Below, one piece after another: positions 50,281 to 62,153 of a stretch of 64,000 bases of DNA. The DNA lies in assembly GCF_021869535.1 (NCBI RefSeq), contig NW_026262604.1, positions 6,138,001 through 6,202,000 on the forward strand, in the 5' to 3' direction. Position 1 is the stretch's first letter. Each line of letters starts with the position of its first letter. A model generated the notes under the pieces. That model did not search any database, had not been told where the DNA came from, and saw only the letters and a list, made by a program, of their open reading frames with translations. A program made the translations under genes and the position numbers. Origin of the DNA: Mytilus californianus (Eukaryota).

Positions 50281-51095
50281 CACAGAGATATGTCTCACTT
50301 TTTTTTAATTTGGATAATGCAAATGTTAAAATTAAAATAGCAACACTTTAACATGTAAGTTTTGCAAATATTCAAAGTCAATGAACCAAAACTGAAGGTA
50401 CATGGCTAAAAAATCTCCATGGAAATGAGATGTGCCAATGCATAATAAATACCATTGACTTATTATAAGTAAGGTTCCCTTTAAACAAACCTTTTTAAAA
50501 CACAAACTAATACATGTAAACTAAGCAAAATTTCAAAGTCAATAAACCATAACTGAGGGGGCAGGGTCAAATAATCTCCATGAATATGAGATGTGCCAAT
50601 GCTAATACAACTGCATACCAAATATCATTGACCTACCACTAGTGGTTTCCCATAAATCTACCTAATCACGAACTAATACATGAAAACTAAGCAAAAGTTT
50701 CAAAGTTGATAGACCATGACCGAGGGGGCAGGGTAAAATAATCACCATGGAAATGATATATGCCAATGCTTATGCAACTGCATACCAATTATCATTAACT
50801 TACCACTAGTGGTTCCTCATAAACTGACCTAATCACAAACTAATACATTAAAAATAAGCAAAATTTCAAAGTCAATAGACCATAACTGAGGGGGCGGAGC
50901 CAAATAATCTCCATGGTAATGAGATGTGCCAATACTAATACAACTGCTTACCAAATATCTTTGACCTACCACTAGTGGTGCACTATAAACTAGACCTAAT
51001 CACAAACTAATACATCGTTGATGCCGCCGTCGCCGCCGCCGCCTTAAACAGCATACCTAGTTCTCACTTTTTGACTCCATCAAGCGAGACAAAAA
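50281..51095 (+). mobile_element. HINE-type element with a ~166-bp array
   Basis: About four tandem units, a (GCC)n tract and a 3' hairpin remnant followed by AAAAA. Confidence 0.7.
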
Positions 51096-51456
51096 TTATT
51101 TAAAAATCATAAAACAGATTAAAATGTATTTAAACATTAATCTCACAAATATAAATAATCTTTGTATATGAGACAATATCTGAAAATGTCTAAGTTTTGG
51201 CGATAGGAAAAACCAAAAAAAAATGTCTTTAGAACCGGTATTTTAATAGCACAAATGGAAGAACACACATTGAGGATCTAGGAACTGTTGTCTGTAATTC
51301 AAACAGTTGTTAAATGTGGTAATAATTGCAAATTTAAAATTGGTACAAACAAATTCCAGTTCTTTCCTGTAACCAAAGTGAATCAATTTAAAAAAGTTTC
51401 TAATGGGAATAAAGAATTAGTTGAAGATCCTATATCTGGTTTACAAGTATAACCTA

Positions 51457-52557
51457 CAGGGCTCGACAATAACGCTTGTCCGATTGTCCGGTACCAGAGG
51501 AAAAAAAGGTCGGACAAGTAAAAGCTATATCAAGCTTGTCCGATGGGACAAGTAAATTTATTCTGCATAAAATAAATTTAATCCAACTTTGATGAACAAA
51601 GTAATTATAAACAAAAAACAAAAAAAGAAGATAAAAACAAGTATTAATTTGACATGTTTACTTGCAATCGATAATTGAAAACTGGTTCTTTGTCAGGTAC
51701 TTTTTAACAGGTAAAAGGCATACTATTATCAGAAACCAGTCTTACTGATCCGAATCAGCCATGCGCTTTGTAGATGGATAACTTTACAAGACAGTTCGTC
51801 TCCAGCTTGGAACAATTCGGCTCCAAGTTTAATAGACAGTTTGGCACCGTAGGAGACATATTTAATAGACATGATAAATAGACAGTTTGGCAACAGAAAT
51901 TTCGGGACCAAGTCAAATCAGTACCTCGTTTTCCTACCTTGATTCTGTTGCTTTATCATAAATACCAAACCAGTAATTTTTTAACAAAAATATTTTTTAA
52001 ATAAAAATGAAGAAATTATTTACCATAAATTTCACAAAATCAGATTTGATCATATGTAGAAAAAAAACAATACTTGCAATACTGTGACCTATAGTTTTTT
52101 AGTTTCTGTGTCATTTGGTCTCTAGCAGAGAGTTATCTTATTGGCAATCATACCTCATCTTCTTTTTTTTATTGATTGCATTTGAATAAACTTTTTTTCA
52201 GCTTAAAAACAGGATACAAATCCAATGAGTGTACATTGACAGGCCTATCAGACAGTGCCTCATGTGCAGAGTCTGATGAGACTTTGGCATTGATGAAAAC
52301 TAGAACCTTAAAGTCCTGTGACATGACTAGATTCAGTTGTTCTCGACTCATATTTTTGAAAAGTATATCAAAAGATATAAAACTAACTTCTGTTATATTG
52401 TTGTAATTCATTTTGTTCCTGGAATTAACTTAAAATGCAAAAAAAGGTTATTATTAAGATTTCTTTTGGACAAGTTACAATTTCATTCGGACAAGTAAAT
52501 TTTGGTATGTACTTGTCCTACTGGACAAGTTGAAAAAAAAGTTATTGTAGAGGCCTG
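51457..52557. mobile_element. hAT-like MITE with 5-bp TSD (hAT5-type)
   Basis: TIR CAGG(G/C)CTC(G/T)ACAATAAC with TSD ACCTA on both sides and CTTGTCC/GGACAAG subterminal repeats. Confidence 0.75.
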
Positions 52558-53718
52558 ACCTACAATATTTTATCAAATGCCAATTATTTATTTTAGCATT
52601 TTCAATACAAAAGGTTAAGAAATATACTAGAATAAAGTCTGATATGTCAGTAACATGAAAGAATCTTGAGTAACAGGACAGAGTTGGTAACAGGAAGGAA
52701 TTATTTTTTTCAAAACAATTGCTTTATTTCATAGTGTTAGAAAAATACATCATGTCAAATTGGTCACAATTGGAAGATAACAGCCAACAATGTCATTTAT
52801 CTTTTGAAACTGTATTTGCAAGATGAAAAATCTGCCTAGGTAATGAAAAATTCTAAAATAAATTCCTTTCTGTTACCATCTACTATACTAAAATTGCACA
52901 ATGTTCTCTGCTGTTATCATAAGTAAAAAAACTGTCTTTTCATTCAATATGCTGTGTATTATGGGGGTGAACATCTAAATTATAATATTTTATTAGAAGA
53001 AATATAAGAAAGAGTGTTTAATTGGCAATAGTTGGTGCATTATATACTCTAGTTAATACTGAAACTTAAAATTTTCCAAAAAGATGCCGGATAAAAAAAT
53101 AATTGCTCGTGAAAAATGGAACATGGAAATTAGACTTTTCAGATATTGTCTCATATATATATTATGATCCCCATTATTGGTCATTCAGTTTGGGGTGTAA
53201 CAGTAGTGAGTCCACCCTAAATAGAAAAATTAAATTTATTTGAATAAAAAATGTCAAATTATATAAAGAATGAACAATAAGACGATAATAATGTCTGAAG
53301 TATTAACAATGATTAACATGATTAATACAATGTATTTCGAAGATCTGTGGTAAATTTTTGGTGTCCTGTGGTATTCTTTGGTGTTCTGTGGTATTCTGTG
53401 GTGTTCTATGGTATTCTGTGGTGTTTTGTGGTAAAAAGACGCTCCCATAATTATACTATATATAAATATAGACTTTTCTATAAATTCATATTTATAAATT
53501 ATATTGTTATAGCTAAATTTGTTTTCTTGTCGCTAAATAGTCTTCTTGTCGATTCTTGACGCTAAATTATTCGTCTTGTCGCTTATTAGCGAGACGGAAA
53601 AATAAAATAGCCTTTCAAGATGTCATAATTATTTCAATATTTGGACTTCTGAACTCTGGACCATGCCCTAGCCCTAGGTGGCAGTAAAACATATAATATT
53701 CTGTCTTTGGTGGCAGGG

Positions 53719-54807
53719 CGGCTATATCCTGATTCTACCCCGTACATTAAATTTTCGGGGAAGAATGACAAGACCACTGATTGTACACAATTTCATTCAA
53801 GATGAATAAAAGAAAGATTTTGTTTTGAATTACATCTCTACTTCAAACTATTTTTACTTCTTTATTTTGTATTGAGTAGTAAAAAAATTTAATCCCCCTA
53901 CTATATTCTAATTGACATTATTTTTTCATTTTCCCAAAAAAAATCCTAGCCCCTTTTTTTCCTGAATATAACCCCAAAGAAAACCCTTTCGGACGCTTGG
54001 GTATATGTGTAAAAGAAAATAAATTAAATAATTTAAATAATTTATTTTACAACAAAATATCCTCCTTCCTTTTTAAAACACTGTCTTATATAACTGTTCC
54101 TGATTCTACCCTGTAAATTTCTTAACACTGTCATATATAACTGTTCCTGATTCTACCCCGTAAATTTCTTAAAACACTGTCTTATATAACTGTTCCTGAT
54201 TCTACCCCGTAAATTACTAAAAACACTGTCTCATATAACTGTTCCTGATTCTACCCTGTAAATTTCTTAAAACACTGTCTCATATATAACTGTTCCTGAT
54301 TCTACCCCATAAATTTCTTAAAACACTGTCTTATATAGTTGTTCCTGATTCTACCCCGTAAATTACTTAAAACACTGTTTTATATAACTGTTCCTGATTC
54401 TACCCTGTAAATTTCTTAAAACACTGTCTTATATAACTGTTCCTGATTCTACCCCGTAAATTTCTTAAAACACTGTCTTATATAACTGTTCCTGATTCAG
54501 CCCCGTAAATTACTTAAAACACTGACTTATAATTTACGGGGTAGATTCAGGAACAGTTATATGTTGTTTGTGCTGTATTTAGACCCCTCTACCAAGAAAT
54601 TTGTTTTGCATGCACACGTATAAAAATTGCGGTACGTTGTTTTCAATTTAGACTTGTTTATATATAGATTATATATATATAAATAATATAAAACCGGACC
54701 ACAGAAGTCTTTCCTTTATTCAAAATATTACTCCATCACGAATATTCATTGCCTGAAATGCTGATATGACATTCTACCCCGGTGGGGGTAAAATCAGGAT
54801 ATAGCCG
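53719..54807. mobile_element. TIR element with 6(-7)-bp TSD containing a ~49-bp TIR-derived minisatellite
   Basis: 23-bp TIR CGGCTATATCCTGATT(C/T)TACCCC with TSD GCAGGG. Nine direct units (54091-54530) plus one inverted unit (54531-54562) share TCCTGATTCTACCCCGTA with the TIR. Confidence 0.85.
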
Positions 54808-55344
54808 GCAGGGCTTCTGAATAGTTGTCACGAATATCATATATAATAGAATTCTATATTGAAATTCGACCATCCAATGGCAATGGAAACAAGTGCATGT
54901 GTCTTCACCTCCCCCCTAATTTATCAACTGACGAACTGTTTTGGTATGTTTTGGAATTCATTGTGTAAGTAGCTGATAGTGTTTTACATTCGGGGTATTA
55001 GTCCTACCATAATGTATATAAATATGAAAACATTCATTCTCTTCACTGTTTTGAAATCGCTGTATTCATCAAGTTTCAAAGTGTAAATAAACAAAGGGCG
55101 ATAACCGAACATTATTACATGTACCTATGGAGTGCCAACTATGGCACAACTGGATATGTGGCACATGGTCAATTCGCCACTTTTAGAATAAGACAATTGG
55201 GCACCTGCACAAATCGGCATCTTTTCAAATCGGCACTAATGTTGTCTTTCATTAAAATGCATAAAACAGAAGGAAAAAACACCTGTAAGTAAATTAAATT
55301 TATATTGATTACCTGAAGTACGCAAATATGTTCTATACGTAGTA

Positions 55345-55748
55345 TATATACTTATACCGCTGTTCGAAATTTATAAATCGATTGAGAAAAAAACAAATCC
55401 GGATTACAAACTAAAACCGAGGGAAACACATCAAATGTAAGAGGAGAACTACGACACAACACCAAAAAGTAACACACACAGAAACGAACTATAATATAAC
55501 AATGGCCATTTCCTGACTTGGTACATGACATTTTAAGAAAAAAATGGTGGGTTGAACCTGGTTTTGTGGCTAGCCAAACCTCCCACTTTTATGGCAATGT
55601 TAAATATAATTAAAATGACAACATTACATGACAGGACTATACAAAACAAATAAATGGGAGAACATATAGGACAGACGGAAACACGCAAATAATAGCTATC
55701 AAGGTACCAGGTTTTAATTTAATACGTCAGACGCGCGTTTCGTCTACA
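55345..55748 (-). mobile_element. Retrozyme-like monomer beginning with the 3' half of a hammerhead
   Basis: The minus strand starts TGTAGACGAAACGCGCGTC^TGACGTA; the CTGATGA half is missing. It is followed by ~380 bp of body homologous to 40700-40985. Confidence 0.7.
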
Positions 55749-55858
55749 GGATATATTAGAATGATTATATAGGTATACTGATTTTGAATACCTTATCCAG
55801 AATCTGGGACTCATATATTTAACAAGTGACATGCATGTACAGATATGATGAACAGAGG

Positions 55859-56201
55859 AATAGACTATTTTCATATTACCGACTTTTGACTCCGGATTAT
55901 ATAATTTGTCGACTGGTTACCTTGGACATCATGGTACTCGGTCAAGTAAGAGCAACCAAAATAAGTAAAATCAAACATATAATCGGTGTAATTTGAGGGG
56001 AAAGTTTATTGTTTTCCGATGATTTTGTAGTGAAAAAAAAATGTTAAGCAGGTAATTTCCCCCCAAAATTGTACCGATTGAACGCTTGGTTTTACTTCTT
56101 TAGCTTGCTCTTACCTGACTTGGTACCATGATGTCCAAGGTAACCAGTCGACAAATTATATAATCCGGAGTCCAAAGTCGGTATTATGAAAATAGTCTAT
56201 T
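55859..56201. mobile_element. ~340-bp foldback element with ~100-bp near-perfect arms
   Basis: AATAGACTATTTTCAT..GTCGACTGGTTACCTTGGACATCATGGTAC / GTACCATGATGTCCAAGGTAACCAGTCGAC..ATGAAAATAGTCTATT. No TSD found. Confidence 0.75.
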
Positions 56202-56365
56202 GTTTGTCACAAGGCTCACAAGCATATATATGTGAAATTTTAAGAGGAAATGATGTACAGAAGAGTGTTTTGAATACACAAGTATAACCAAAGGATAATT
56301 TACATTTAGCAATGAAAAAGGTAACATTGTGCAACAATTGGCTATTTTTATAAGCTTATAAGATC

Positions 56366-56398
56366 CAGGGACTTTCTATATAGTATAGAAAGTCCCTG
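56366..56398. mobile_element. 33-bp TIR-only palindrome with 7-bp TSD (P-element-like excision footprint, copy 1)
   Basis: TAAGATC|CAGGGACTTTCTATAT-AGTATAGAAAGTCCCTG|TAAGATC. Confidence 0.8.
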
Positions 56399-56409
56399 TA
56401 AGATCTTAT

Positions 56410-58530
56410 AAACCCTCGCGGACATGACTGATCTCAAATTTAGCAATTGCTTTAAAACAACTTCTTATAAAATTTGTAAAAAATATGACAATTTAATGAT
56501 AATAGGAGATGTGAATTTTAATAAGATATATGAACATAAAAGTTCATTTTTAATTGATACATGTGACATTTTTTATCTTTAAAATTTAGTTCAAAAAACT
56601 ACTTCTTAACAAATACCATATATGAACAAGAAATGATTGTAACAGGATGCTGTTACGAAGTCTCCCAAACGAAGCTCCCATAATTCGTAATTCCAAGGGT
56701 CGTCTGACATTGGGCAAAGTCCAGTGAAAATTGGTTTGGTAAAGTTATATGCAGTAGTGATGCCTGGGGACTAACCCTGTATATCATTCAAATCATCTTG
56801 GCATGACAAACCAGAATATATATGGTTTAGGGGTGGTGATCTCGACCACTTACAAGATACTAAAACATTGGGGGTGGGGGGAACCCCTGGGGACCGACCC
56901 TATACGTCATTCAAATGTTCGCGACATGACAAACAGGAATATATATGGTTTAGGGGTGGGGATCTCGACCATTTACAAGATATTAGAACATTGGGGGTGG
57001 GGGGAACCCCTGGGGACTGACCCAATACGTCATTCAAATGTTTGAGACATGACGAACAGGAATATATATGGTTTAGGGGTGGGGATCTCGACCATTTACA
57101 AGATATTAGAACTTTCTCAAATGGCAGGGGGTGGGGGATGGCCCCTGGGGACTAACCCTGTATATCATTCAAACCATCTTTGCATGACAAACCAGAATAT
57201 ATATGGTTTAGGGGTGGGGATCTCGACCACTTACAAGATACTAAAACATTGGGGGTGGGGGGAACCCCTGGAGACCGACCCTATACGTCATTCAAATGTT
57301 TGCGACATGACAAACAGGAATATATATGGTTTAGGGGTGGGGATCTCGACCATTTACAAGATATTAGAACATTGGGGGTGGGGGGAACCCCTGGGGACTG
57401 ACCCAATACGTCATTCAAATGTTTGAGACATGACGAACAGGAATATATATGGTTTAGGGGTGGGGATCTCGACCATTTACAAGATATTAGAACTTTCTCA
57501 AATGGCAGGGGGTGGGGGATGGCCCCTGGGGACTAACCCTGTATATCATTCAAACCATCTTTGCATGACAAACCAGAATATATATGGTTTAGGGGTGGGG
57601 ATCTTGACCACTTACAAGATATTAGAGCTTTCTTAAATGGCAGGGGGGGTGGTGACCCCTGGGGAATAACCCTGTATTTCATTTGATTTGCTTTATAATG
57701 ACAAACCAGAATATATATGGTTTAGGGTGGGGATCTCGACCATTTACAAGATATTAGAACTTTCTCAAATGGCAGGGGGTCGGGATGACCTCTTGGGACT
57801 AACCCTGTATATCTTTCAAATTATCTTAGCATGACAAACCAGAATATATATGGTTTAGGAGTGGGGATCTTGACCACTTACAAGATATTAGAACTTTCTT
57901 AAATGGCAGGGGGTGGGGGTGACCCCTGGGGACTAACCCTGTATATCATTCAAACCATCTTTGCATGACAAACCAGAATATATATGGTTTAGGGGTGGGG
58001 ATCTTGACCACTTACAAGATATTAGAACTTTCTTAAATGGCAGGGGTGGGGTGACCCCTGGGGACTAACCCTGTATATCATTCAAACCATCTTTGCATGA
58101 CAAACCAGAATATATATGGTTTAGGGGTGGGGATCTTGACCACTTACAAGATATTATGTTTTTCTTAAATGGCAGGGGGTGGGGTGACCCCTGGGACTAA
58201 CCCTCTATTTTATCTAATGTGCTTTATCATTTAGAACATTTTCAATTAAAAAGATTGTGTCTATCACAAATGGTTTTCAATTTATAATCATTTGAAAATT
58301 TAAAAAATAAAATCCCATAGGGTTCTATAGTAAAACCCTCCTTTCTTTTCGCCCCTCAAAGTACCCCTTTATAAACCCTATTGCACAAACAAAACCCTGA
58401 TTGCACCACTAGACATGTTAGTCTAACATATTGTGAAACCCTAAGTTAATCTGACTAGCGGTTTTGGAGAACGGGTGCGGACAAGTTCAAATTTAAAAGC
58501 GGCGGAAGAGGAAGAGGAAGATGAAGAAGA
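56410..58530 (+). mobile_element. HINE-type element with a G-rich 123-135-bp array including a 381-bp higher-order repeat
   Basis: Repeated GGGACTAACCCTGTATATCATTC..GGTTTAGGGGTGGGGATCTCGACC. The 381-bp period is visible in ORF starts 57049 and 57430. (GAA)n-type tail. Confidence 0.75.
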
Positions 58531-59545
58531 ATAACTAGATTTGCAATTGCAAGCAATAGCGGATGGCACCCTTCCCCCGTTGCCAGGTGAGTGGCAGCCA
58601 TTTAGAAAATTCCAAAGTCAAAGAGTGCATCTACACATGCAAATTATCCTTTTTGTAAAGTTTCATTAAGTTTGGAGCATTTTGAAAATTTGGACATTTT
58701 TGCTGTTTCCATGGTAACGGCGGCCATTTTGAAAAATTGCAACTTCAAAATGCAACTCTGCCTATGCCAGTTACCATTTCTGTAAAGTTTCATCCAGTTT
58801 GCAGCATTTTGATTTTTTTTTAAATTTTGGACATTTATGCTGCAGCCATGGTTACAGTGGATAATTCCAAAATTCTAAAATCATGCAGACTCTTCATTGC
58901 CACATGTCATGTCCCTTATATATCAATACAGTTTCCTTGACTTTGGTGAAATACTCTTTAAGAAAATGCTGATTTTATGCATTTTCCCTTAGGGTCAATG
59001 TTAAACTTGCCCCCAGTTTCCATGACAACGGCGGCCATTTTGGAGTATCCAAATATTGTCTTGGCATCTTGGCATACTGGGTAACATTTTCATTAAGTTT
59101 TATCCAGTTGGGTCTTATAACGGAAGAGTTAGAATTTTTGATATTTTAGCTGTTTCCATGGTAACGGCAGCCATATTGAAAATTCCGAAGTCAAAATGCA
59201 AATCAGCACATGCCAGTTACCATTCCTGTGGAGTTTCTTCCAGTGTGAAACACTGATTTTTTTGGCATTTTTGCTATTTCCATGGAAACGGCGGCCATTT
59301 TTTACCATTCCATAGCAAGGTGCACAACTTTACAAGGGGGTCCTCATTATAATAGAGTTCCATCAACATTGGTCCATTGGATTCCAAGAACTCGCGCGGA
59401 CAAAATTTGTGCAAGAAAAATAATAAGAAAAAAAAGAAACGTAGAATAACAGTATGTCACCCCAACTCCGTTGAGGTTGCCATAATAATAATAATAACTG
59501 AGCAAAAACAATAAGTCTTCCCAAACTTCGTTTTGGAGACTTAAT
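58531..59545 (+). mobile_element. HINE-type element abutting the previous one
   Basis: Starts AACTAGA and contains repeated CATGGTAACGGCGGCCATTTTG. (AAT)n/(AAG)n tract and a 3' hairpin AAGTCT.CCAAACTTCGTTTTGGAGACTT. Confidence 0.65.
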
Positions 59546-62153
59546 AAAGAACTGAAGTCAGCAGTCTTACCGTAACTACCATTGAGGCAAGTGAGGCAAT
59601 TGCCTAACTAAAATTTCGACACTGATTTTTTTGTATTTGTTTATGGTTATTGAATACGAAATATAATCATTTGTTGTTCTGTTTCAACCTTAATTTCTAC
59701 AACTTGTCATCGTTCCTTTTAAATTATTCTTCTCAAATATAACTCAGCATCTAAACGGGTGATCACGGGTGATGTTTCTCAATTTTAACCAGTTAACCTA
59801 GTAACGGTGATCATTGTGGATCTCTGTTTGAAAATAAGCTCTTGAAGAAAAAGGAAAAGCGATACTGAAGGTTAGGAACGAATAATTCTAGTAAACTAAC
59901 TGATGTTGTTTGTGTTAAGAGTTTGAGTATTGAAAATAACTTCATTGGAAATAATTCAAAAACTACAAAGAGCCCTATAAATAGTCTGACAAATCAAGTA
60001 CTGGGGCATCGCTCGGAAGCAATCCTGTCTGCGTAGTTATTTCTCCGTTTCACAAACTTTATTCACTATCTTTACATATAAACAAAACATAAATAATATG
60101 AAACCTGCATGGATTAGTTTTTATCCATGTTTCTTCAACCTTAAAAATTGAAAGGACATCCCGTCTTCAAATTTGACATTATTGAGGAACGGTTGGACCT
60201 TTAAAACGGAATTTTGGCTTTTCTAATTCGGGACTAAGGATTTTTGTGTCTTTATATTCGGGATTACCTGAAGACGAAGCATAGATGAAACAAACGAAGT
60301 GTACAACCCCGTATTTCATTTAATAGAGCCTCAGAATTTGCAGAAAGTAAAGAAAATGTCGGATTTTCTCGATTTTTTAGTTTTTGCGCCCCGTGTATGA
60401 TCGTATGCGCAGGTAATTTCATTATGTCATCAGAAAGTGAACAAAAATGTCGGATTCCAGCGACAAGGATTAAATAATTATTCTAATGACTGTAATAATT
60501 GTTTTGTTTTTTTTTGTTTTCAAGGTATCATACAAATTGATCATATTTTACTGGTTGTTCATCTCATTGAAAGAACTGCTTTTCTTCCGTTATTTTATTA
60601 ATTCGATTATTAGATTATTTATCAAAACACAATTTTAATAATAAAACACTTAACAGTGGCGGATCGGGATCCAGGGAGCGTAGATAGTGTACGTCCCCTA
60701 TCTGATCGCAAAAAGAATCATGTTTTTTTCACAAATTTTTATAGCCGATATTTATTCCTTTTTCTATGGTAATCCCCTTTTTTAATCGAAATTTAATTGA
60801 ATTTTTGCAAAAGAAATGGTACTACATTGTAGTATTACATTTTATTGTTTTTAGAACTGAAAGAAGAACTTTTAGTATTTTTTCCAAAATTAAGGGAACT
60901 CGTAATAATCCTATATAGTTTGAAAAAGGTTTCTTAAGATGGTACACATGATTTATTGCTTTTTGTTATAAAATGAAAACAAATGAAGATCTTGACCTTT
61001 TACGATTTTTTGTTTCCTAAATATTTCAGTGGCGGATACATTTAAAAAAAAAGGGTGGAGCTTCAGCCATGGAATAAAATGAAAATGAATGTGTTAGCTA
61101 AGCTCCGCCTTCTTTCCTTTGGATTCTAGTTGAGTTGCATATTCAATTAGCAAAGTATGGCACAACATCAAATTGCAGATAATATACCATGATGGTTTTC
61201 CCTCAACACACTCAAGTTTTAAGCAAATTATTTCATTAAAACATCAAAGGAAAACTCCAATTTATGTTACAAGAAAACATGGCTATAGAGACAAACCAGG
61301 AAAAAATATGCGAGACATTTAACCATTTCTTTGTTACTTTAGCGAAGAACATTGGAGATAACGCCATGCTGGACAACGTTGTCGATAAAAAAAAAGACTT
61401 CAAAGTAATGAAGCAATTATAAAAAATCATACAGATTTGTCATCATCAGCACTACATTTTCAACCAGTAAACGAAAATTTTGTTTTGAAACGAATAAATA
61501 AAATAAATATCAAGAAAGCAACAGGTATTGATGGAATATCACCAAAATTGTTTCACTATGCCAAATCTGTAGTTACGAAACCAATGACTGATCTTGTAAA
61601 TTTGTCATTGTCTACCTCAGTCTTCCCAGACTCACTTAAAACTGCCCAGGTGGCACCGATTCATAAAAAACCCCACTCCCAGTGCTCTTGAAAAAGGTAA
61701 TTACAGACCAGCGAGTGTGTTTCCTTCGATATCCAAAACTTTTTGCCGGAGGCAGCCATCGAGATGCAACTTTCGGAACAATTCAAAATTATATTTAATT
61801 GATTTCTTGCAGCATTTAGAGCAGGTTTTGGCTGTCAGTCCACTTTACTAAGAATAATCGAGGACTGGAAGAAACCCTTAGACAATGACAATTACCTAAC
61901 AATCTAAACTATCAACACTTAAATTCAGACCCATGAGAACCATGGCATTAGAAACTTTAAAAAATGTGACAAAATCCAGTCCAGAGTTCTTTCACAATAT
62001 ATATATATATACATTTTAAAGATAACTCATATAATTTAGATATAAACTCACATTTGATTTACCAAAACCTAGGACAACAATGTATGGCAAAAGGAGTCAG
62101 TTTAGCTTTAAGACAGCAAAGTTGTGGAACTCCCTGCCTAACCATGCACGGCC

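Larger units (their letters stand above)
48073..53446. mobile_element. 5.4-kb PIF/Harbinger-like non-autonomous element hosting nested insertions
   Basis: Inverted ends GAGCGTCTTTT(C/T)ACCACA(G/A)AACACCAC with 10-bp subterminal repeats. The right terminus is CCC and ATA flanks both ends. The superfamily is inferred only from the termini and 3-bp TSD. Confidence 0.6.

Noticed and set aside
52169-52411. Overlapping 76-80-aa ORFs inside the hAT5-like MITE as a transposase relic
   Set aside because: No hAT dimerisation-domain or other motif could be recognised.
56803-57636. Repetitive ORFs (MTNRNIYGLGVG...)
   Set aside because: They result from the 123/135/381-bp satellite periods being multiples of 3, and they lie inside a non-coding element.
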